Position numbers and translations under genes: made by a program
Assembly: GCA_030141605.1 (NCBI GenBank)
Contig: JAQGDQ010002410.1
Coordinates: forward strand, 6,125 to 70,124
Direction of reading: 5' to 3'
Length of the DNA stretch: 64,000 nucleotides
Source of the DNA: Tubiluchus corallicola
Taxonomy: Eukaryota; Animalia; Priapulida
Part shown: piece by piece, positions 28,995 to 38,536 of the stretch
Position numbering within the stretch: position 1 is the stretch's first letter
Layout of the letters: each line of letters starts with the position of its first letter
The notes under the pieces: generated by a model
Seen by the model: the letters and a program-made list of their open reading frames with translations, nothing else
Databases searched by the model: none
What the model was told of the DNA's origin: nothing

Positions 28995-29909
28995 TTACAT
29001 CTTCTGGCTTTTTGCCCGTGGATGAAATTGCTGTATGGCACTTCGCAGATAGCTCATATCAAGATGGGTATATATTTCAGTAGTAGTGATAGATTCGTGT
29101 CCTAACATTTCTTGTACTACACGCAAATCAGCACCACCATCTACTAAATGTGAGGCAAAAGAATGGCGAAAAGTATGCGGACTAATACTTTTTTGTACTC
29201 CTGCCTTTTGGCTTAGTTTTTTTACTATAATAAATATCATTACACGTGTAAGCCGCTTGCCCCTGCGGTTAAGAAAAACTATATTTTCAGACGATTTGTC
29301 TATGTTCAGGTGGTTTCTATAAGAGTTGGTATAAGTATTTATTTCGTTGATAGCTTTTTTCCCTATTGGCACCATCCGTTCTTTGTTGCCCTTGCCTAAC
29401 ACTTTTATAAACTCCTCGTCAAAAAACAGGTCCGTCAACTTCAGATTAATAAGTTCCGACACTCGTAAGCCACAACTATATAATGTTTCGATAATGGCAC
29501 GATTACGATGTCCTTCTGGCTGACTAAGGTCTATGCTATTAATAAGAAGGTCTATATCTTGTATGGAGAGTACGTCAGGTAGTTGTCTCCCTATTCTGGG
29601 CAAATCTAGAAGATGTGCAGGGCTATCCTTTATCTTATCTTCTATAAGTAGATATTTGTAAAATGCTCTAATACCTGAAATGATACGAGCCTGACTTTTA
29701 GGATTAATACTAAATGTGTGTAAATATTCTATAAATTTTCGCAATATTTCAGGAGTTATTTGCGTAGGCAAAAAACTGCTACAATGTGTTTCTATATAAT
29801 ACTGCAATTTACGTATATCCCTCAAATAGGCTTGTACAGAGTGGTCGGACAACGAACGTTCTAACTTTAAATACAGTTCAAATTCTTTTATTTCGTCTTC
29901 CCAGGTCAT
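28995..29909 (-). CDS. xerD: Tyrosine recombinase XerD
   Basis: LYSCGLRVSEL, GKGNKERMVP, HTFRHSFASHL, LGHESITTTEIYTH. Confidence 0.9.
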   Translation of the reverse strand: MTWEDEIKEFELYLKLERSLSDHSVQAYLRDIRKLQYYIETHCSSFLPTQITPEILRKFIEYLHTFSINPKSQARIISGIRAFYKYLLIEDKIKDSPAHLLDLPRIGRQLPDVLSIQDIDLLINSIDLSQPEGHRNRAIIETLYSCGLRVSELINLKLTDLFFDEEFIKVLGKGNKERMVPIGKKAINEINTYTNSYRNHLNIDKSSENIVFLNRRGKRLTRVMIFIIVKKLSQKAGVQKSISPHTFRHSFASHLVDGGADLRVVQEMLGHESITTTEIYTHLDMSYLRSAIQQFHPRAKSQKM

Positions 29910-29989
29910 ATAACAAAGTTAATGATGTTTTTCATTCTGTTAAATGTTTTTTACTTTTATCGCAAAAAATTTATTTATACAACATACAT

Positions 29990-31120
29990 ATGAATTTCAC
30001 ATTGCATCATACAAGTACAGACAGTCAAGCCCGAGCAGGAACACTTACCACTGCACACGGAGAAATACAGACTCCTATATTTATGCCCGTTGGCACAGTA
30101 GGTAGTGTAAAGGGAGTACAAATGAGAGATTTGACTGACGATACCAAGGCACAGATTATCTTAGGCAACACTTACCATCTTTACCTACGCCCGCAGGTGG
30201 ATGTATTACAGAAGGCAGGAGGCTTACATAGGTTTATTTCTTGGAACAAGCCTATACTAACTGATAGTGGAGGATTTCAGGTATTTTCCCTCTCTCAAAT
30301 AAGAAAAATCAAAGAAGAGGGTGTAGAAATACGGTCGCATATAGATGGGAGCAAACATTTTTTCACCCCTGAAAATGTAGTAGACACACAACGTAAGATA
30401 GGAGCAGATATTACAATGGCATTTGATGAATGCACTCCGGGAAATGCTGACTATAAATACGCCAAACAGTCGATGGAACTAACCCACAGATGGCTAAAAA
30501 GAGGAGTGCAACGCTTTAAAGAAACAAAAGGACTATATGGTTATGAGCAAACTTTTTTTCCAATAGTGCAAGGATGCATATATAAAGATTTACGAAAACA
30601 ATCAGCAGAATTTATTGCTAGCCAAGAATGCGATGGTAACGCCATAGGCGGATTGTCAGTAGGCGAACCTGCTGAAAAAATGTATGAGATGACAGAGGTA
30701 GTGAATAGTATCCTGCCCAAGAACAAACCCCGCTATTTAATGGGAGTAGGCACTCCTGAAAATATTTTAGAGTGTATTGCTTTGGGGGTAGATATGTTTG
30801 ACTGCGTAATACCTACCCGTAACGGACGCAATGGTATGCTTTTCACAAGTAGAGGTATTATCAATATTAAAAATAAAAAGTGGGGATGCGATTTCTCGCC
30901 AATTGATGAAGTAGGAACTTCCTATGTAGACACCACTTATACTAAGGCTTATTTACATCATTTGTTTAAGGCAAATGAACTACTAGCCTTGCAAATAGCC
31001 ACCCTACACAACCTTGCCTTTTATTTGTGGTTGGTTGCAGAAGCAAGAAAGCACATACTGACTAACAATTTTCATATTTGGAAACCTGAGATGGTAAGGA
31101 ATATAACACAAAGACTATAA
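29990..31120 (+). CDS. tgt: Queuine tRNA-ribosyltransferase
   Basis: TPIFMPVGT, ILTDSGGFQ, YLMGVGTP, DMFDCVIPTRNGR; start moved to MNFTL (29990) to avoid overlapping xerD. Confidence 0.96.
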   Translation: MNFTLHHTSTDSQARAGTLTTAHGEIQTPIFMPVGTVGSVKGVQMRDLTDDTKAQIILGNTYHLYLRPQVDVLQKAGGLHRFISWNKPILTDSGGFQVFSLSQIRKIKEEGVEIRSHIDGSKHFFTPENVVDTQRKIGADITMAFDECTPGNADYKYAKQSMELTHRWLKRGVQRFKETKGLYGYEQTFFPIVQGCIYKDLRKQSAEFIASQECDGNAIGGLSVGEPAEKMYEMTEVVNSILPKNKPRYLMGVGTPENILECIALGVDMFDCVIPTRNGRNGMLFTSRGIINIKNKKWGCDFSPIDEVGTSYVDTTYTKAYLHHLFKANELLALQIATLHNLAFYLWLVAEARKHILTNNFHIWKPEMVRNITQRL

Positions 31121-31299
31121 GATATTAAACTCTTTGAAATATGATTGCCTTCCGTTTTTACGAGAAACAAAATTTAGACAAACATAGATAAACAATTTAT
31201 ATATCTTTGACACAACATTGGGTTCTGCCTTCTAAATATCAGATTAAATAATTACTTACTCTAAATAAGTAAAGAAACAAATAAGATATTAATAATACA

Positions 31300-32142
31300 A
31301 TGACTGAAAGGAAAGAACAACCAGAAATAGAACTTCGCTCAGAAGAAATACAAGACATATTAGGCAAAACACCCCATTGGCTAATACGTAAAGGCTCGCA
31401 GGTTATTCTGTGCATACTTGTATTGCTATTAGTACTTAGTTATGTGTTGAAATACCCTGATATTGTCAATTCTCAAGTTACCATTACCACCACTACACCT
31501 CCTGCTCCTGTTATTACTTACACCACAGGAAAAATTGAACGTTTGTTAGTGCAAGACAACGAAATAGTAGCTCAAAATCAGCCTCTTGCTATTATTGAAA
31601 ATACTGCCAACTATGAGGATACAAGAGAATTACAAAATATTTTAGATACATTACATCATTTTATCAATACCCTTTACACTCACGACGACGAAAACCTCAA
31701 CGAGGACAATAGCTACTACCACCATTGTGATAACCACAATCATAATGACGAAGAGAATAGCATTTTGCAAATAGAGCTAAACCCTAATCCCAATCTTGGA
31801 GAAAACCAAACTTATTATACTAAGCTTCTGCAAGACTATGAGGAGTATCATCACTTTATATAACAGCAAGAACACTTGAAAAAAATAGAAAGCAAGAGAG
31901 ACTCTTGCAAAAATATAAAGAACTTCTCCAACACAACAACCAAAACACCCACAAAAAAACAACACCCAACAAACAAAAACCACAAAAAACCACAAACCAA
32001 AAACCAAAAAAAAAACAAAAAAACAACCACAGAACTTCTTCAACAACATATGGAAGGCAGTGCAGAAGTAATAACTGAGGACTTGTGCTTTATACAGCAC
32101 ACTATAAACCCCCTCAAATACCTTCTCAAAGAAAAAATATAA
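31300..32142 (+). pseudogene. HlyD-family secretion adaptor pseudogene
   Basis: N-terminus IELRSEEIQDILGKTPHWLIRKG...KYPDIV and C-terminus MEGSAEVITEDL...NPLKYL are typical of Bacteroidota HlyD; in-frame TAA at 31861-31863; central part missing. Confidence 0.85.
31928..32031. repeat. 104-nt low-complexity tract composed only of A and C
   Basis: No G or T between 31928 and 32031; not periodic. Confidence 0.95.
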
Positions 32143-32310
32143 CTGCTCTCCTAATATAATGTAGAAAAAACCAAAAAAAGAGATGGATTTTGCTCAATTA
32201 TTTATTATATTTAAGATATATTTCACTTTTTAATTTTACCCACTAATAAGTGAAACAACATTTTTATTAATAACAGAATCCAGCAATTTCAATCTTTATT
32301 GAATATAATT

Positions 32311-33603
32311 ATGAAAAAAACTAAGTTTATTTTATTGTTTCTATTTGTTACAAATATTGTGTTTTCACAGCAACATAAAGTTGCTATTTTTAACCCCATA
32401 GGCGAAGTTGATGAAGGCATTAAGGTCTTAATTAGAGAGGAAATAGGAGAAGCAATGGTAAAATCTCCTGACTACATAGTGTTAGAAAGAGCTTCCATAA
32501 ATAAAATCATAGAAGAAGAAAAATTTCAACTATCAGGCAGTGTTGATGAAAATGAAATAAGTGAGATAGGAAAAAAGATGGGAGCAAATATTATTTGTAT
32601 TTCTTCGGTCAGCCAAATAGGTAATAACTATTTTATCTCAGCTAAGTTGGTAGAAGTATCTACTTCAAAAGTAACCAGACATGTTAATCAAATGACAAAG
32701 AAGGGGATAGATGATATTTACAGTACTACCCATTCAATTGTAGACAAATTAATCCAAAATGAAGATGAAAATACGGATGTGAGTGTAAATGCTTCTGAAA
32801 TAGAAAATGAAGCAGAACAAATACAAAACGATAACGAAAGAATAGAAGAGGCTAAGAAAAACTTAGAAGAAGGAGTAGGCATAGAAGCAAAAAGAGAGCA
32901 ATTAGAGAAAGATAAAGAAAGGTTGGATTACAAAGACAATACAAAAACAAATGAAGATAAGGTAGTTTCTCAATACAATAATGAAAAAAAACAAAGCGAT
33001 AACAAAGTTGCATTTGGACTTAAAGCTGGTTTAAATATTGCCCATTTTACAGAATCGAACGATATAGATGAAATAAAAACGACATCAAATGCTTTATTTG
33101 GAATTGCCTTGGAGATTCCTCTCACCAATCGTTTATTTCTTCAGCCCGAAATATTATTTTCTCCAAAAGGAGGTAAAGTAAAATATAGAGATGATGATGA
33201 CGACGATGATGATGACGACGATGACGATATTATTTTCTATGATAATGATGAAAATAAAGATATACGGCTAAACTATTTAGAAGTTCCTATTTCATTAAAA
33301 TTTATACTTATTAATTCCAATATAAAAGTTTTTATCACTGGTGGATTTTACTACGCTACTTTCTTGAATGGCACATATAAAGTAGACGAAGGAGACAAAA
33401 ATAGTTTAAAAAAAGAAGACATAGTTAACACATCAGATGTAGGACTTAACATAGGAGGAGGATTGGGTTTTGGACCATTGAATTTTGAATATAGATATGG
33501 AATAGGTTTTTCAGAATTGGGGAAAAACAATGATTCTAATATAATCCCAGACATGGGTATAAAAAACAGAACATCAAGTTTTTCCTTAACTATCTTTTTT
33601 TAA
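32311..33603 (+). CDS. Secreted protein: CsgG/TolB-N-like domain, acidic coiled linker and porin-family outer-membrane beta-barrel
   Basis: Signal peptide; VLERASINKIIEEEKFQLSG...IGKKMGA; barrel motifs FGLKAGLN, LQPEILFSPKG, LNYLEVP; terminal Phe. Confidence 0.75.
   Translation: MKKTKFILLFLFVTNIVFSQQHKVAIFNPIGEVDEGIKVLIREEIGEAMVKSPDYIVLERASINKIIEEEKFQLSGSVDENEISEIGKKMGANIICISSVSQIGNNYFISAKLVEVSTSKVTRHVNQMTKKGIDDIYSTTHSIVDKLIQNEDENTDVSVNASEIENEAEQIQNDNERIEEAKKNLEEGVGIEAKREQLEKDKERLDYKDNTKTNEDKVVSQYNNEKKQSDNKVAFGLKAGLNIAHFTESNDIDEIKTTSNALFGIALEIPLTNRLFLQPEILFSPKGGKVKYRDDDDDDDDDDDDDIIFYDNDENKDIRLNYLEVPISLKFILINSNIKVFITGGFYYATFLNGTYKVDEGDKNSLKKEDIVNTSDVGLNIGGGLGFGPLNFEYRYGIGFSELGKNNDSNIIPDMGIKNRTSSFSLTIFF
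33190..33228 (+). repeat. (GAY)13 repeat encoding poly-Asp in a barrel loop
   Basis: gat gat gat gac gac gat gat gat gac gac gat gac gat. Confidence 0.9.
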
Positions 33604-33637
33604 CAACCCTATGTAAAAAAGAAACTAAGCAAATGAT

Positions 33638-34675
33638 ATGAAACATTTTTTACTAATACTTTTTATATTAAATATTGGCATTCAAGCATTTTCGCAAGAA
33701 GGCCTTTTATGGCTAAACGATGTCTCACGTCAAACTGCATATCCCCAAAAAGACTATCTGACAGGCTACTCCTGGGGAGTAAACACTGAAAATAAAGACA
33801 TCACAGTTTTCCTGAATGAACAAAAGGACCTTGCAAAAAACGAACTGATAGAAAGTATAAAAATATCTGTAAAAAGCACAATAAGCAATAAAACTACCGA
33901 AACGGACGGCACTATAAGAAATGCGTTCTACTCTCACATTAGTTCATTTGCAGATGTAGAAATAAATGGAATGCAAATAGAAAGCTATTATGACAAAAGT
34001 AAAAAAACAGGATACGCCTTTGCTTATGCAAAAAGAGCTCAAACAATAGATTACCACAAAGCAATAATTGATATAAACATCCACGAAATAGAAAGGCTAA
34101 TCTCCAATAGTAGAAACTGGGAAGAACAAGAAGAAAAAATACAAGCAAAAAAATCATATCAGAAATGCCTACCCTTGTTAGAAGAAATAAAACAAGCACA
34201 GTCCCTACTTATTGCTCTTGAAAGCAACATACACGATAGCGAGCTACAATTAGATAAAGTAAAGCTACTGCAAACAGAAATAGAACAAAGCATTCTTAGA
34301 TTACGTAATACCATAACAATATATATAGAGTCGCACGAAATGAATTATAACAAAGAAGTCAGAGTTTTAGAACCAAAAATAAAAGCTGCCCTATCAGAAA
34401 ATGGATGTAGTTTTACCTATGCCAAAGAGGAGGCAGATAGAATACTTGTTATCAATGCTAATAGTAGAGAAGGACGCAAATACAATGGAATATACTTCTC
34501 TTATTTAGATATCATAGTATCCATTGTAGAGCAAAAATATGAAAAAGAAATATTTAAAAACAACTACTCAAATCTCAAAGGAGGTGGTTTAGATTATCCA
34601 ACAGCAGGCTTGAAAGCCTATAAAGAAGGATACAAAGCAATAGTAAATGACATTGTAAAAATAATAACCAATTAG
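33638..34675 (+). CDS. Secreted LPP20-like domain protein
   Basis: Signal peptide; YLTGY...AKNELIESIKISVKS resembles LPP20-type domains. Confidence 0.55.
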   Translation: MKHFLLILFILNIGIQAFSQEGLLWLNDVSRQTAYPQKDYLTGYSWGVNTENKDITVFLNEQKDLAKNELIESIKISVKSTISNKTTETDGTIRNAFYSHISSFADVEINGMQIESYYDKSKKTGYAFAYAKRAQTIDYHKAIIDINIHEIERLISNSRNWEEQEEKIQAKKSYQKCLPLLEEIKQAQSLLIALESNIHDSELQLDKVKLLQTEIEQSILRLRNTITIYIESHEMNYNKEVRVLEPKIKAALSENGCSFTYAKEEADRILVINANSREGRKYNGIYFSYLDIIVSIVEQKYEKEIFKNNYSNLKGGGLDYPTAGLKAYKEGYKAIVNDIVKIITN

Positions 34676-34724
34676 TTTTAGTTATTTACTTTTTACAATT
34701 TTAAACTCCTTTTCTAAAAAATAC

Positions 34725-34732
34725 TACCTTTG
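34725..34732 (+). promoter_or_regulatory. sigmaA -7 element upstream of the cyclophilin gene
   Basis: TACCTTTG. Confidence 0.65.
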
Positions 34733-34763
34733 CAGTGTTTTATGTAAAAATAACTTTTTGAAA

Positions 34764-35582
34764 ATGAGAATCTTAAAATTTTTTACATTATTCCTATTTA
34801 TGAACTTAACAACCCATTGTATAATGACAAAAAAAAATAGTGAAAGTACTGTAATACTTATTAATACCACGGAAGGAAATATTACAATAAAACTCTATGA
34901 TGACACACCGCTACACAAGAACAATTTTATCAAACTTGTAAAAGAGGATTTCTATGACAATGTGCTATTTCATCGTGTAATAAAAGATTTTATGATACAA
35001 ACAGGAGACCCTGATTCTAAAAACGCTCCTGCCGAAAAAAACCTTGGAGTAGGAGGCCCTTCATACACAATACCTGCTGAAATAAAACCTCAATATTATC
35101 ATAAAAAAGGAGCACTAGCAGCAGCTAGACAAGGAGACCAAGTAAACCCCAAAAAAGAATCATCAGGCTCGCAATTTTATATTATTCACGGACAAGTTTT
35201 AGATAGTAGTAGTATTTCAAAATATGAACTTAGTATGACCCACCAAAAAAAGGAAGCCTATTTCCGTACTCTTATAGCAGAAAATCGCTCTACTATAGAA
35301 GCACTGCAAAAAGAAAATAAAACAGAAGAGCTGCAAAAACTAGCCCAAGAGTACCAAAAACAAACAGAGCAAGCTGTGGAAGAATTTAAATTCAGCCCAG
35401 AACAGATAGAAATCTATACCACTATAGGAGGAGCACCTCACCTTGATGGAGAGTATACCATATTTGGAGAAGTAACAAAAGGTTTAGATGTAATAGACAA
35501 AATAGCTGTTGCCCCAACAGGAAAAAACGACCGACCTACAACGGATATTAAAATAATAGATATCAAAATAGTAGAAAACTAA
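34764..35582 (+). CDS. Cyclophilin-type peptidyl-prolyl isomerase
   Basis: FHRVIKDFMIQTGDP, SGSQFYI, PHLDGEYTIFGEV. Confidence 0.95.
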   Translation: MRILKFFTLFLFMNLTTHCIMTKKNSESTVILINTTEGNITIKLYDDTPLHKNNFIKLVKEDFYDNVLFHRVIKDFMIQTGDPDSKNAPAEKNLGVGGPSYTIPAEIKPQYYHKKGALAAARQGDQVNPKKESSGSQFYIIHGQVLDSSSISKYELSMTHQKKEAYFRTLIAENRSTIEALQKENKTEELQKLAQEYQKQTEQAVEEFKFSPEQIEIYTTIGGAPHLDGEYTIFGEVTKGLDVIDKIAVAPTGKNDRPTTDIKIIDIKIVEN

Positions 35583-35604
35583 AAAAACACTTAGCATCAA
35601 ACGA

Positions 35605-36462
35605 ATGAAGAAGAACAACCTGATACTAATCTTATTATTGGTAATACTATCTTGTTCTCAAAATAAAAAACCAATAAAAATAATGTCCTTCAATATAAGG
35701 TATAATAACCCCAATGACGGAATTAATATCTGGGAAAACCGCAAACAAATGGTTTTCAATGTTTTTACAGATAATGATGTAGATATTGCAGGACTACAAG
35801 AAGTAACAAAAGAACAGCTAGACAATTTGAAAAACGCCCTACCCATCTACGATTATATTGGGGTGGGAAGGAACGATGGGAAAGACAAAGGCGAATTTGC
35901 TCCTATATTTTATAAAAAAGACAAATACGAAGTTCTTGAAAATGCTACTTTCTGGCTCTCTACAACACCCGAAGATACAGCAAGTATTGGTTGGGATGCA
36001 GCCTTAACAAGAATATGCACTTGGGGGAAATTCAAAAATAAAATTACAGAAAAAGAATTTTACCATTTTAACACTCACTTTGATCATATTGGAGATGTAG
36101 CAAGGATTGAAAGTAGTAAGCTAATATTAAAAAAAATTGATGAAATAGTAGATAAAAATACCCCCGTTTGTATTACCGGAGATTTTAATTTCACAAAAGA
36201 CCACATTGGCTACAAAACTATTGTAGCACAAACAAACACAAGTAAGACCTTTCAAGATGCTCGACAAATAGCAGAAATGAAGCAACAAGCTGCCACACCT
36301 ACATTTAACAACTTTGGAAAATCAACAACGGACAACTATACTATAGATTTTATATTTGTTCCCAAAACAACCAAAGTAGAAAAATACCAGATTGAAGCGA
36401 TACAAAACAACGATATATACATATCAGACCACTACCCTGTTATTATATCTATCAAAGAATAA
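35605..36462 (+). CDS. Endonuclease/exonuclease/phosphatase family lipoprotein
   Basis: Lipobox ILSC; MSFNIRY, GLQE, NTHFDH, GDFN, IDFIF, SDHYPV. Confidence 0.92.
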   Translation: MKKNNLILILLLVILSCSQNKKPIKIMSFNIRYNNPNDGINIWENRKQMVFNVFTDNDVDIAGLQEVTKEQLDNLKNALPIYDYIGVGRNDGKDKGEFAPIFYKKDKYEVLENATFWLSTTPEDTASIGWDAALTRICTWGKFKNKITEKEFYHFNTHFDHIGDVARIESSKLILKKIDEIVDKNTPVCITGDFNFTKDHIGYKTIVAQTNTSKTFQDARQIAEMKQQAATPTFNNFGKSTTDNYTIDFIFVPKTTKVEKYQIEAIQNNDIYISDHYPVIISIKE

Positions 36463-36479
36463 TAAGCAATAATAGCATA

Positions 36480-36543
36480 GGGAATGTACTAGGGATAGCA
36501 CCAACATTGTACATTATTTTCTACCTATTGATAATTCATTGTC
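36480..36543 (-). mobile_element. MITE-like repeat, internally deleted copy F
   Basis: Reverse complement gacaatgaattatcaataggtagaaaataatgtacaatgttggtgctatccctagtacattccc keeps both family ends. Confidence 0.7.
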
Positions 36544-36622
36544 ACAGTATAAATACACCTTGCTTTTTAGTTAGCTTGATTTTCAATACCTTTGTATCTT
36601 TTTTACTCTAAAAATACAAAAT

Positions 36623-38203
36623 ATGAGATTTAGATTTGTAGATAAAAGACAAGGCAGTATTAAGGATGATGCACTCTCTGGACTTACAGTAGCTTTAGCA
36701 CTTGTTCCAGAAGCAATAGCATTTAGCTTCATAGCTGGCATATCGCCTATCGTGGGACTGTACGGAGCTTTTATGATGGGAATAATCACTTCTATATTCG
36801 GAGGAAGACCGGGGATGATTTCAGGAGCAACAGGTGCTATGGCAGTGGTAATGGTACACTTAGTAAAAGAAGCTATAGAAATACATAATAATGAAGTGGC
36901 AGGCTTACAATATTTATTTGCAACTTTAATATTAGCAGGACTTATACAAACAGTGGCAGGTATTTTCAAACTGGGGAAATTCATCCGTATGGTACCTAAC
37001 CCTGTGATGATGGGATTTGTCAATGGTTTAGCGATAGTAATATTTCTCTCTCAACTTAGTATGTTCAAAGAAAACGGGGAATGGCTGACTGGTTCTTCTT
37101 TGTTTACTATGTTGGGATTGGTAGGCTTAACTATGGCTATTATGCTTTTTTTACCAAAACTTACTAAAAAAGTGCCAGCAGCATTGGTAGCCATAGTATC
37201 AGTATCATTGCTCGTTATTTTTGGTAATATAGATACACAAACAGTGTTATCGTTTGTTAGTTCTAAAGGGGGAAATGGCATTCAAGCAGGCTTGCCTACT
37301 TTTGCTATTCCAAATGTAGCGATAAACTGGAACTTTCTTAAATTTATTCTTCCTTATGCTTTTATCCTTGCAACCATTGGACTAATAGAATCTTTAATGA
37401 CACTCAACCTCATAGACGAACTTACAGAATCACGAGGTAGCGGAAATAAAGAATGTATTGCTCAAGGTTCTGCCAATATTGTAAATGGCTTTTTTGGAGG
37501 TATGGGAGGCTGTGCAATGATAGGACAAAGTATCATCAATATCAAATCAGGAGGGCGAGGGAGGTTATCTGGAATTGTGGCTGCATCATCTTTGCTCTTA
37601 TTTATCCTTTTTGGTGCTACCTATATAGAAAAAATTCCTATTGCAGCTTTGGTAGGGGTAATGTTTATGGTGGTTTTAGGAACATTTGCTTGGAGCACAT
37701 TTAAGATACTTAACAAAGTTCCAATTGCTGATGTGGTAGTAGTGATTTTAGTAACGAGCTTGACTGTTGTTTTTGATTTAGCAATAGCTGTTGTTGTAGG
37801 TGTAATAGCATCTGCATTAGTTTTTGCTTGGGAAAGTGCTTTGCGAATACGAGCAAGGAAACATATAGATGAAAAAGGCATTAAACATTATGAAATATAT
37901 GGCCCTTTGTTCTTTGGTTCTGCTACACTTTTTATGTCGAAGTTCAACCCCAAAGAAGACCCTGATACAGTTGTTATAGATTTTAAAGAATCAAGAATAA
38001 TGGACCAATCTGCCATAGAAGCTATCAATAAAATAGCTGAAAAATACCACAAAGAAAAAAAGAATATTCACCTTAGACATTTAAGTTCAGATTGTTTAAG
38101 CCTTATTAAAAAAGCAGAAAAAATTTGCGATGTGAATGTAGTAGAAGACCCAAACTATTATGTAGCTATTGACAACTACAACGCTAAAAAATTAAAGCAA
38201 TAG
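36623..38203 (+). CDS. SulP/SLC26 anion transporter with STAS domain
   Basis: GLTVALALVPEAIAF, GGRPGMISGATGA, GGCAMIGQS, GPLFFGS, DQSAIEAI. Confidence 0.95.
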   Translation: MRFRFVDKRQGSIKDDALSGLTVALALVPEAIAFSFIAGISPIVGLYGAFMMGIITSIFGGRPGMISGATGAMAVVMVHLVKEAIEIHNNEVAGLQYLFATLILAGLIQTVAGIFKLGKFIRMVPNPVMMGFVNGLAIVIFLSQLSMFKENGEWLTGSSLFTMLGLVGLTMAIMLFLPKLTKKVPAALVAIVSVSLLVIFGNIDTQTVLSFVSSKGGNGIQAGLPTFAIPNVAINWNFLKFILPYAFILATIGLIESLMTLNLIDELTESRGSGNKECIAQGSANIVNGFFGGMGGCAMIGQSIINIKSGGRGRLSGIVAASSLLLFILFGATYIEKIPIAALVGVMFMVVLGTFAWSTFKILNKVPIADVVVVILVTSLTVVFDLAIAVVVGVIASALVFAWESALRIRARKHIDEKGIKHYEIYGPLFFGSATLFMSKFNPKEDPDTVVIDFKESRIMDQSAIEAINKIAEKYHKEKKNIHLRHLSSDCLSLIKKAEKICDVNVVEDPNYYVAIDNYNAKKLKQ

Positions 38204-38291
38204 AAAACCCCTAAACTATGAAGATGGAAATGTATATCGCCCCACCCTATCCCCTATTAACAAAGTGAGAGCCGTTTTAATGGCTTGATTT

Positions 38292-38394
38292 GGCAATGTA
38301 TTATCAATAGGCAGAAAACAACATACAATATTAGTGCAAAAGATACCTACTTTTGCAGCTATGATATACTGCGTACTCTCATTAGCACATTACC
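38292..38394 (+). mobile_element. MITE-like repeat copy C (central hairpin deleted)
   Basis: ggcaatgtattatcaataggcagaaaa...aagatacctacttttgcagctatgatatactgc...acattacc; ends GGCAATGT/ACATTACC. Confidence 0.78.
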
Positions 38395-38536
38395 GAAAAT
38401 TCATAGTGTGAACATTTCAAACTGTTAAAACAGTTTCTACTTTTAATATTTCAACTTGCAATAAACATAATGAAATATTACCCAGCCGAAGACACACTGC
38501 AAATTTCACTATCTTTGTACTTTATAATACAAAGGA

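Noticed and set aside
28995-29909. Tyrosine recombinase considered as a phage integrase or the invertase for the 62-kb junction
   Set aside because: Size and motifs match housekeeping XerD in a housekeeping context; nothing links it to the inversion
29786-29989. N-terminal extension of tgt in the ORF track (similar extensions at 15412-15498 and 62693-62746)
   Set aside because: They overlap neighbouring genes or promoter regions; downstream ATGs match family starts
31928-32031. A/C tract considered as a DGR variable region or a poly(AC) reverse-transcriptase product
   Set aside because: No template repeat or RT gene in the window; DGRs mutate A rather than enrich it; the tract is not a regular dinucleotide repeat
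31777-32100. 107-aa Phe/Val/Cys/Gly-rich minus-strand ORF that looks like a membrane protein
   Set aside because: By-product of the G/T-only complement of the A/C tract, which cannot contain a stop codon
38395-38536. Possible SAM or cobalamin riboswitch upstream of metH
   Set aside because: No recognisable conserved core; the -7 element is about 20 nt from the start and the upstream sequence is MITE copy C
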